A stretch of 32,000 bases of DNA, taken from the NCBI RefSeq assembly GCF_000284115.1, contig NC_017080.1, forward strand, positions 1,500,001 to 1,532,000, in the 5' to 3' direction. The notes under the pieces were generated by a model. It was not told where the DNA came from, searched no databases, and worked only from the letters and a program-made list of their open reading frames with translations. Origin of the DNA: Phycisphaera mikurensis NBRC 102666. GTDB taxonomy: Bacteria > Planctomycetota > Phycisphaerae > Phycisphaerales > Phycisphaeraceae. The stretch's first letter is position 1. Each line of letters starts with the position of its first letter. A program made the translations under genes and the position numbers. Shown in pieces: positions 25,389 to 32,000 of this stretch.

Positions 25389-27056
25389 ATGCCCGACACC
25401 CTCCAGACGCCCATCCTCATCGTCGGCGCCGGCTGCGGCGGCTTCGCCGCCGCGCTCGCGGTTGCCCGCGCCGGCGGCTCCTGCGTCCTCACCGAGCCCA
25501 CCGATTGGGTGGGCGGGCAGCTGACCAGCCAGGCGGTGCCGCCGGACGAGAACGCCTGGATCGAGCCGGACGTCGGCGACGCGCAAGCGGCGACGGCGTC
25601 GTACCTCGCCTTCCGCGAGGCGGTCCGCAGCCGCTACCGGCGGGCGGAGTGCCTGACCGCCGCCGCCGCCGCCCGGCCGCGGCTCAACCCCGGCGACGGC
25701 TGGGTCAGCCGCCTGTGCTTCTCGCCCCGCATCGGCCAGGAGGTGCTCCGGGAGACGATCCGCCCGCACGTGGAGGCGGGGCGGATCCGCCTGCTCCTCG
25801 AGCACGAGCCGGTTTCCGCGGACGGCGCCGCCAACCGCGTGCGGAGCGTCACGGTCCGCGGCGGCGACGGCCGCGAGACCCGCATCGCCGCCGACTACGT
25901 GCTCGACGCCACCGAGGCGGGCGACCTGTACCCGCTGACCGGCTGCGAGCACGCCGTGGGCGCCGAGTGCCGCGACGCCTACGGCGAGCTGCACGCGCCC
26001 GCCGGCCGCGGCGACGGCCCCGGCGGCAGCCACCCGCGCGACCAGCAGGCCGTCTCGTGGTGCTTCGCGATGGAGCACCGGCCCGGGAGGAACCACGTCG
26101 GTCCCGAGCCCGAGGGCTACGCCCGCTGGCGCTCCTTCGTGCCGGACCTCGACCCGCCCTGGTGCGGGCCCCTGTTCTCGTGGCTGTCCCCCGGGGTCGA
26201 CGAGAGGCCCCGCGAGATGGGCATGGTCCCGTGGCCGGACCGGCCCGCCGACGGCGTCTGGGAGCTGTGGCGGTACCGGCGGATCGTCGACGCCTCCGCG
26301 CACACCGACGGCCGGCCCGACGTGTGCCTGGTGAACTGGGTGCAGATGGACCAGTTCGTCGAGCCGGTGCTGGGCGTGAGCCCCGATGCCGCCCGGGCCG
26401 CGCTTAAGCTCGCGAAGCAGCAGGCGCGCTGCCTCTTCCACTGGATGCAGACCGAGGCCCCGCGGCACGACGGCGGGCGCGGCTACCCGGGCTTGAAGCT
26501 CCGCGGCGACGAGCTTGGGACCGACTCGGGCTTCGCGAAGGCGGCCTACATCCGCGAGCCCCGCCGGCTGCTCGCGCGGACGATCATCCACGAGGGGCAC
26601 CTCGGCGCTGCGCAGCGTCGGGCCGCCGGCGAGCCGGAGGTCCCCGAGCTCGCCACGACCCTCGGCGAGTCCGTCCCCGCCGCCGAGCCCTTCGCCGACG
26701 CGGTCGGCGTCGGCCACTACCGCCTCGACCTGCACCCCAGCTGCGCCGGCCGCAACAGCGTCTACGTCGAGGCCGCGCCGTACCGCATCCCGCTCGGCTC
26801 GCTCATCCCCGTCCGCGTGGAGAACCTGCTCGCCGCCGGCAAGGGCTTCGGCGTCAGCCACGTGGTCAACGGCTGCACCCGGCTTCACCCGGTCGAGTGG
26901 ACCGTGGGGGAGGCGGCCGGCGAGCTCGCCGCGTGGTGCCTGGAGCACGGCCGCACGCCCGCCGAGGTGCACGCCGACGCCGCGCAGACCCGTCGCTTCC
27001 AGGACCGGCTGCGGGCCCGCGGCTTTGCGCTGGCCTGGCCTTGGGAGAAATCCTGA
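25389..27056 (+). CDS. FAD-dependent oxidoreductase
   Basis: MPDTLQTPILIVGAGCGGFAAALAVARAGGSCVLTEPTDWVGGQLTSQAVPPDE (GxGxxG); YVLDATEAGDLYPLTGCEHAVGAEC. Confidence 0.9.
   Translation: MPDTLQTPILIVGAGCGGFAAALAVARAGGSCVLTEPTDWVGGQLTSQAVPPDENAWIEPDVGDAQAATASYLAFREAVRSRYRRAECLTAAAAARPRLNPGDGWVSRLCFSPRIGQEVLRETIRPHVEAGRIRLLLEHEPVSADGAANRVRSVTVRGGDGRETRIAADYVLDATEAGDLYPLTGCEHAVGAECRDAYGELHAPAGRGDGPGGSHPRDQQAVSWCFAMEHRPGRNHVGPEPEGYARWRSFVPDLDPPWCGPLFSWLSPGVDERPREMGMVPWPDRPADGVWELWRYRRIVDASAHTDGRPDVCLVNWVQMDQFVEPVLGVSPDAARAALKLAKQQARCLFHWMQTEAPRHDGGRGYPGLKLRGDELGTDSGFAKAAYIREPRRLLARTIIHEGHLGAAQRRAAGEPEVPELATTLGESVPAAEPFADAVGVGHYRLDLHPSCAGRNSVYVEAAPYRIPLGSLIPVRVENLLAAGKGFGVSHVVNGCTRLHPVEWTVGEAAGELAAWCLEHGRTPAEVHADAAQTRRFQDRLRARGFALAWPWEKS
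25816..25861. repeat. Candidate copy I of the 46-bp element inside the FAD-oxidoreductase CDS
   Basis: CCGCGGACGG CGCCGCCAACCGCGTGCGGAGCGTCA CGGTCCGCGG; 1 arm mismatch, same length, but the spacer lacks the CGGCGTT-like motif; may be chance. Confidence 0.4.
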
Positions 27057-27093
27057 ATCCGTCGCAGAGGGGGTGATCCCCCGTGATCCGCCC

Positions 27094-27121
27094 TTGACAC
27101 GGGCGTGCCGCGGGGTATCTT
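27094..27121 (+). promoter_or_regulatory. Candidate sigma-70-type promoter (TTGACA-N16-TATCTT)
   Basis: TTGACA 27094-27099, TATCTT 27116-27121, upstream of the PEP-CTERM CDS at 27212; adjacent to TTCTATAAG. Confidence 0.5.
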
Positions 27122-27211
27122 CTATAAGTCCGCACGGGGCTCTTCTGCTCCCGGCGGGCACGGCGACCGCTCGCCCGCGGTGCCGGACCCGCATTCCCTG
27201 GAGAACGATCC

Positions 27212-28363
27212 ATGACCGCCACCCCCGCCTGCAAGGGCCTCCTCGCCATCGCCGCCGCCGCCTTCGGCGGGTCGGCTTTCGCCGCGCCGAGCACGAGCGT
27301 CGACTTCTACAACCTCGGCGGCTTCAGCCTCGTCGGCTCATCGCCCACGGGCTCGATCGGTTCCGCCGCGTCGCTGGCCTACGACGGCAGCACGCTCTAC
27401 CTCGGGCAGGGGGCCGGACCGGCGACGTCGGCCGCTCCCTTCACCTTCGTGGACGATGCCTTCGGCGCCAACAACATCGGCACCAGCTTCGGCTCGGCGG
27501 TCGGCGGCAACGGTGTGACCGGGCTTGACGTCGCCGACGGCATCCTCGTGGGCGTCTCCACCAACGGCGGGGCCAACGACACGCTGCAGGTCTTCAACGT
27601 GGCCACCACGCCCACGGCCACCGCTGCCGGCGTGGTCTCCCCCGGCGACGTGGGCATGACCCGCTTCGACGCGGTCGCCCTCGACCCCGGCTTCGTCGCC
27701 GGCACACAGGGCGGTGCCGGTGTCTCCGCCGTGCAGTTCGGCAGCGGCAACCGTCGCCTCATCGATCCCGCCACCGGCAACCTTCTGAACACCGGTCCGG
27801 GCTACTTCAACGGCGCCGGCGGCAGCGGCTTCCGCGGCCTCGACTACGACCCGGCCACCGGCGACGTGTACGCCCGCACCGTCAACGGCATCCAGGTCGG
27901 CGTCCGCTCCGGCGACAATGGCGTGCAGACCGTCGGCGGCGCCGCGGGCACCAGCCAGGTCGTTGCCGATCCCAGCGGCTTCGCGGTGGGCCTGAACGTC
28001 GCCTACCTCGGCGACTTCGGAGGCAACGCCGACGACGCGTTGTTCATCTACAACGACCTGTCGGACGTCACCAGCACGTCCAGCTTCGACGCGTTGAACC
28101 TCGCGCAGCAGGACGGCGCCGCGGTCGCGGTCAACTTCCTCAACGCCGACGGCAGCGCCGCCTTCGCCGAGGTGCTGCAGACCTCGAACCAGACCGGCGT
28201 CTTCGACTTCAGCTTCGACCCCGGCACCGGGCAGCTGGCCGTTCTGGACGTCGCCAACGCCTACGTCTACCTCTTCGACGGCGAGCCGATCCCCGAGCCC
28301 GCCACCGCGGCGGTCGTCGCCCTCGGCGGCCTGGCCCTCCTGGGCCGCCGCCGCACCGCCTGA
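27212..28363 (+). CDS. PEP-CTERM sorting-signal protein
   Basis: MTATPACKGLLAIAAAAFGGSAFAAP and C-terminal PIPEPATAAVVALGGLALLGRRRTA. Confidence 0.92.
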   Translation: MTATPACKGLLAIAAAAFGGSAFAAPSTSVDFYNLGGFSLVGSSPTGSIGSAASLAYDGSTLYLGQGAGPATSAAPFTFVDDAFGANNIGTSFGSAVGGNGVTGLDVADGILVGVSTNGGANDTLQVFNVATTPTATAAGVVSPGDVGMTRFDAVALDPGFVAGTQGGAGVSAVQFGSGNRRLIDPATGNLLNTGPGYFNGAGGSGFRGLDYDPATGDVYARTVNGIQVGVRSGDNGVQTVGGAAGTSQVVADPSGFAVGLNVAYLGDFGGNADDALFIYNDLSDVTSTSSFDALNLAQQDGAAVAVNFLNADGSAAFAEVLQTSNQTGVFDFSFDPGTGQLAVLDVANAYVYLFDGEPIPEPATAAVVALGGLALLGRRRTA

Positions 28364-28390
28364 GCCTCCGGCTCGATCGGACCGACCTTC

Positions 28391-28422
28391 GGCGTCCCGC
28401 GGCCCACCGGCCGCGGGACGCC
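28391..28422. terminator. Strong hairpin, likely transcription terminator after the PEP-CTERM gene
   Basis: GGCGTCCCGCGGCC-CACC-GGCCGCGGGACGCC: perfect 14-bp stem, 4-nt loop, 28 bp after the stop; no U-tract. Confidence 0.75.
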
Positions 28423-28486
28423 TTCTCCCGGAGGAGACCCCACCACAAAGCCGCCCCGAAGACGCCGACGCGTCGAAAGATCCCGC

Positions 28487-29299
28487 ATGAACGCCTCCTC
28501 CCCCCGCCGTTCCGGTTTCACCCTGATCGAGCTGCTGGTCGTGATCAGCATCATCGCCCTGCTCATCGGGATCCTGCTGCCGGCGCTGGGCGCGGCCCGT
28601 GCGAGCGCCCGCACCCTCTCTTGCCTCAGCAACATCCGACAGATGACGATCGCGACGCTCAACTACGCGACCGACAACAAAGACGAGCTGCCCACGACGT
28701 TCGTGACGGACAACAACAACGACGGCACGAACGACCTCTGGTTCGACAAGCACATGATCGGGTACTACCTCCCCGACAGCGGCGTCTCCAGCTCGGCCTC
28801 GATCGATGGCTTCGCGTTCATCTGCCCCTCCGACGAGGGGAGCGTTCGCACCTACTCCATGAACGCCCGCGCGGCCAGCGACGCCAAGGAAGTCGGCATC
28901 AACAACGAGCGGAACAGCTCCTTCGACCTCAACGCGGGCGCAGGCACGCAGCTGATCCTCTTCGGAGAGGGGTGGGGGCGGTTCGGCACCGAAGCGCAGC
29001 ACTTCTCCAACGCCACGATCGGCGCCGAGGCCGGAACCACCCCCGGCGGACGCTTCGGCGGCACAGCGACGACGTTCAACAACCTCGCCTTCTACGGAGC
29101 CGCGAACGCCGCTCAAGCCAACACCAACTACCTCCTCCACGGCGGTGACGACATCAACCGTGCCGACGGTGCGAGCAACTGGACCTTCCTGGACGGGCAC
29201 GGCGAGACGGCGCAGCAGGAGACGCTCTACGATGCGTCCACGGGGCTCTCGACGTACAAGTTTCTGTGGTCGGAAACCGACCGGCAGTCCGAGCCGTGA
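28487..29299 (+). CDS. Prepilin-type N-terminal cleavage/methylation domain protein
   Basis: [72 protein letters not shown]; C-terminal WTFLDGHGE. Confidence 0.93.
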   Translation: MNASSPRRSGFTLIELLVVISIIALLIGILLPALGAARASARTLSCLSNIRQMTIATLNYATDNKDELPTTFVTDNNNDGTNDLWFDKHMIGYYLPDSGVSSSASIDGFAFICPSDEGSVRTYSMNARAASDAKEVGINNERNSSFDLNAGAGTQLILFGEGWGRFGTEAQHFSNATIGAEAGTTPGGRFGGTATTFNNLAFYGAANAAQANTNYLLHGGDDINRADGASNWTFLDGHGETAQQETLYDASTGLSTYKFLWSETDRQSEP

Positions 29300-29305
29300 G
29301 CTCGT

Positions 29306-30739
29306 GTGGTCGCTCGCTTCCTCCTGATCGCCGTGCTCGCGGGCTTGCCGCTGCTCAATGCGTGCGACCGCCGGAGCTCCGACGCGAAGCGCCTGGAGGT
29401 CTGGACCCTCGCCCTCTCCCCCTACTTCGACGACTACCTCACCGGCGTGTTCGGCGCCTTCGAGGCGGAGCATCCCGGCACCGAGGTCGTCTGGGTGGAC
29501 GTGCCCTTCGACGCGATCAACCGCAAGCTGGTCGCGGCCGCGGCGGCGGGGCGGGCGCCGGACGTGGTGAATCTCTCCGACCGTGATTTCGCTCGCGTGG
29601 CGGCGCTCGGCGGCCTGGCGGACCTCGACCCGTTGCTCGCGGACGGCGTGGTCGAGCGGTACCTGCCGGGCGCGGTCCGCGGGTTGCGGCTGAACGGCGG
29701 CCTGCGGGCGCTGCCGTGGTACCTGACGACGCAGGTGCGGATGGCCAACGCGGCGACGCTCGCCCGCGGCGGGCTCACGCCCGACACGCTCGCCAACGAC
29801 TGGACCGGGCTGCGCGACCAGGCGCGGGCCTACCACGAGGAAACCGGCGGCTTCCTCTTCTCGGTGCCGCTGGGCGAGACCTCCGAGCTGCCGATGATGC
29901 TGCTCAGCGAGGGCATCCGGCCGTTCCGCGAGACGCCGGATGGCTTGGTCGCCGACCTCACGCGTGAAGAAGTCGCCGGCTACGTCTCCGCCTGGGTCGA
30001 CCTCTACCGCGAGGGCGCCCTGCCCCGCGCCGCGGCCACCCGCGACCACACGCACCTGGTCGAGGGCTACCAGAAGGGCGAGATCGCGCTGATCCAAACC
30101 GGCAGCAACATGCTCGGCCGCATCCGCGACGCCGCGCCCGACGTGTACGGCGAAACCGTCGTGAAGCCCGGCGTCACCGGCCGCCTGCAGCGCTCGCACA
30201 TCGCCGCCATGGTGGTCGGCGTGAGCGGCAGAAGCGAACACCCCGAGGAGGCGGCCGCGCTCGCCGCCTTCCTCACGAGCCCCGCCAGCCAGACCGGCCT
30301 CTCCAAGCAAAGCGGCGTGCTGCCCTCGACGCCCGCCAGCCTCGACGACCCGTACTTCGCCTTCCCGGAGGGCGCGTCCGATGATCCGGAGGCCCGGCTC
30401 ACGGAGGCCCGCGCCACCAGCGCCGCCTCGCTGCGCACCGCCGTGGCGTTCACCCCCGCGATGGAGACCTGGCCCGAGCTGCGCCGCGCCTTCAACGAGG
30501 GCATCAAGCGCGCCCTGCTCGGCGGCGAGCCGACCGCCGGCGTCCTCGCCTCCATCGAGGCCGAGTGGAACCGCATCCTCGCCGCCGCCCGCCCCGTCGG
30601 CCCCGACGCCCTCCCGCCGGCGTCCCGGGTGCCACGCCCCTTGGGGGGTGGCGTTGGAAGTTCGGTGAGCGTCCCCACCCCCCAAGGGGCGTGGCACCCG
30701 GTTCCGGCCGCGGGCCTCGTCCTGCCGGAGGCCGCGTGA
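29306..30739 (+). CDS. ABC transporter extracellular sugar-binding lipoprotein
   Basis: Lipobox-like MVARFLLIAVLAGLPLLNACDRR; LEVWTLALSPYFDDYLTGVFGAFEAEHPGTEVVWVDVPFDAINRKLVAAAAAGRAPDVVNLSD. Confidence 0.9.
   Translation: MVARFLLIAVLAGLPLLNACDRRSSDAKRLEVWTLALSPYFDDYLTGVFGAFEAEHPGTEVVWVDVPFDAINRKLVAAAAAGRAPDVVNLSDRDFARVAALGGLADLDPLLADGVVERYLPGAVRGLRLNGGLRALPWYLTTQVRMANAATLARGGLTPDTLANDWTGLRDQARAYHEETGGFLFSVPLGETSELPMMLLSEGIRPFRETPDGLVADLTREEVAGYVSAWVDLYREGALPRAAATRDHTHLVEGYQKGEIALIQTGSNMLGRIRDAAPDVYGETVVKPGVTGRLQRSHIAAMVVGVSGRSEHPEEAAALAAFLTSPASQTGLSKQSGVLPSTPASLDDPYFAFPEGASDDPEARLTEARATSAASLRTAVAFTPAMETWPELRRAFNEGIKRALLGGEPTAGVLASIEAEWNRILAAARPVGPDALPPASRVPRPLGGGVGSSVSVPTPQGAWHPVPAAGLVLPEAA
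30626..30700. repeat. Perfect 26-bp inverted repeat with 23-nt loop, inside the 3' end of the binding-protein CDS
   Basis: CGGGTGCCACGCCCCTTGGGGGGTGG (30626-30651) / CCACCCCCCAAGGGGCGTGGCACCCG (30675-30700). Confidence 0.97.
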
Positions 30740-31581
30740 AGCGAATCACCCCGTGGCTGTTCCTGTTCCCGGCGCTCCTGGTCCTGGGCGTGTTCGTCGT
30801 CGCGACCTTCGTGCAGGTCCTCTGGTACTCCTTCACCGACTTCAACGCCTTCAACGACGGCCGCTTCGTGGGCCTCGCCAACTACCGCCGCCTGCTCGCC
30901 GACGAGAAGTTCTGGTTCTGCCTCGGCAACAGCTTCCTCTACCTGCTCGTGACGCCGGTGCTGATGGCGCTCGCCCTCGCCGCCGCGCTGCTCGTCCACG
31001 CCGGGCTCCGCGGCCTCTGGGGCCTGCGGGCGTGGCTCTTCCTCCCGGTCGTCACGCCGACGATCGTCGCGGCGATCGCCTGGCGGCTGCTGCTCGACGA
31101 GGACGGCGGGCTCTTCAACCAGGTGCTGGCGTGGCTGGGCTCGGGCCCGGTCTACTGGCTCAGCGAGCGGCCCTGGAGCCTGATGTCGGCGATGATGGTG
31201 ACGGTGTGGAAGGGCTTCGGCTACTTCATGATGGTCTTCCTCGCCGGCCTGGTCGGCATCCCGCGCGAGCTGCACGAGGCCGCCGAGATCGACGGCGCCG
31301 GCCGCTGGTCGTCCTTCCTGCACGTCACGCTCCCGGGCTTGCGTCCGGTGCTGGTGCTGGTCGCGCTGATCTCCTCGATCTCGGCGCTCAAGGTCTTCGA
31401 AGAGCTCTACGTCACCATCAAGGGCGCCCCCGTCAGCCAGCAGACCGCCGTGCCGCTGATCTTCGACACCGCCTTCGAGCAAGGCGACTTCGGCCGGGCC
31501 TGCGCCATCGGCGTCGTGCTCTTCGCGGTCGTTCTCGTGTTCTCGCTGGTGCAGCTGCGGGTGGTCCGGGACCAGGCATGA
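30736..31581 (+). CDS. Sugar ABC transporter permease (MalF/UgpA type)
   Basis: GTG start overlapping the previous stop; RITPWLFLFPALLVLGVFVVATFVQVLWYSFTDFNAFNDGRFVGLANYRRLL; EAAEIDGAGRWSSFLHVTLPGLRPVLVLVALISSI. Confidence 0.93.
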   Translation: MKRITPWLFLFPALLVLGVFVVATFVQVLWYSFTDFNAFNDGRFVGLANYRRLLADEKFWFCLGNSFLYLLVTPVLMALALAAALLVHAGLRGLWGLRAWLFLPVVTPTIVAAIAWRLLLDEDGGLFNQVLAWLGSGPVYWLSERPWSLMSAMMVTVWKGFGYFMMVFLAGLVGIPRELHEAAEIDGAGRWSSFLHVTLPGLRPVLVLVALISSISALKVFEELYVTIKGAPVSQQTAVPLIFDTAFEQGDFGRACAIGVVLFAVVLVFSLVQLRVVRDQA

Positions 31582-32000
31582 GCGGACTCTCCCCCACCGC
31601 CCGCCCGCTGCCGCTGCTGGTCGCCATGTACCTGGGAGCGCTCGCGCTCATGCTGCTGGCGGTGGGGCCGGCGATCTGGCTGGTGGGGGTGGCGCTCTCG
31701 CCGCCGAGCGTGCCGCTGTCGCGGCTGCCCGGGCCGAGCGAGATGACGCTGGGCAACTTCGAGGGCGCTTGGAACGAGGCGCAGCTGGGGCGGGCGCTCG
31801 CCAACTCGGTGATCGTCACCGCCGCGCAGACGCTGCTCAACGTGCTGCTTGCCGCGATGGCCGCCTACCCGCTGGCCCGCATGCGCTTCCGCGGCCGCGG
31901 GCTGGTCTTCGTGCTCGTGCTCGCGACGATCATGGTGCCCGAGCAGGTGATCCTCGTGCCGCTGTTCCGCACCGTCGTCGGCCTGGGCCTCTACGATACG
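31578..32000 (+). CDS. Sugar ABC transporter permease (MalG type), 3'-truncated by the window
   Basis: ATGA overlap; MSGLSPTARPLPLLVAMYLGALALMLL...NSVIVTAAQTLLNVLLAAMAAYPLARMRFRGRGLVFVLVLATIMVPEQVILVPLF. Confidence 0.9.
   Translation, partial: MSGLSPTARPLPLLVAMYLGALALMLLAVGPAIWLVGVALSPPSVPLSRLPGPSEMTLGNFEGAWNEAQLGRALANSVIVTAAQTLLNVLLAAMAAYPLARMRFRGRGLVFVLVLATIMVPEQVILVPLFRTVVGLGLYDT

Noticed and set aside
27338-30697. Long antisense ORF (1119 aa, minus strand) across PEP-CTERM, prepilin and binding-protein genes
   Set aside because: Arg/Gly/Ala-rich shadow frame opposite three genes with clear family motifs; expected in very GC-rich DNA.

Overview
High-GC (by eye about 70%+) chromosomal window whose gene content (PEP-CTERM proteins, prepilin-type '[28 protein letters not shown]' proteins, Gfo/Idh oxidoreductases) resembles a Phycisphaera-like planctomycete; the taxonomy is inference only. 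I support 20 complete or edge-truncated CDS, one tRNA-Pro(UGG), one eroded partial gene copy, a tandem repeat and several hairpins. The gene content leans to amino-sugar / peptidoglycan-type glycan turnover: NagB-PIG-L fusion, long MurQ/GCKR-like SIS protein, two GHL10-type glycosidases, N-acetylmuramoyl-L-alanine amidase-like protein, beta-lactamase-like serine hydrolase, phosphodiester glycosidase (NAGPA-like), a SpoIID-like domain carried by a PEP-CTERM protein, heparinase II/III-like protein, GntR/LacI-hybrid regulator and a sugar ABC transporter. The strongest non-gene signal is a dispersed palindromic element of fixed length 46 bp: CCGCGGACCG-N26-CGGTCCGCGG. It has six copies with perfect 10-bp arms (825, 8459, 11011, 17363, 22117, 25333) and three degenerate candidates (3369, 15163, 25816). 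It lies both between and inside genes, and one copy sits at the end of a partial gene duplication. A second repeat family (26-mer CGG[A/G]TGCCACGCC...GGGGTGG) occurs in a 147-bp tandem repeat at 2114-2384 and as a perfect 26-bp inverted repeat inside the 3' end of the solute-binding-protein gene at 30626-30700. No CRISPR array, transposase, rRNA or phage gene was seen.
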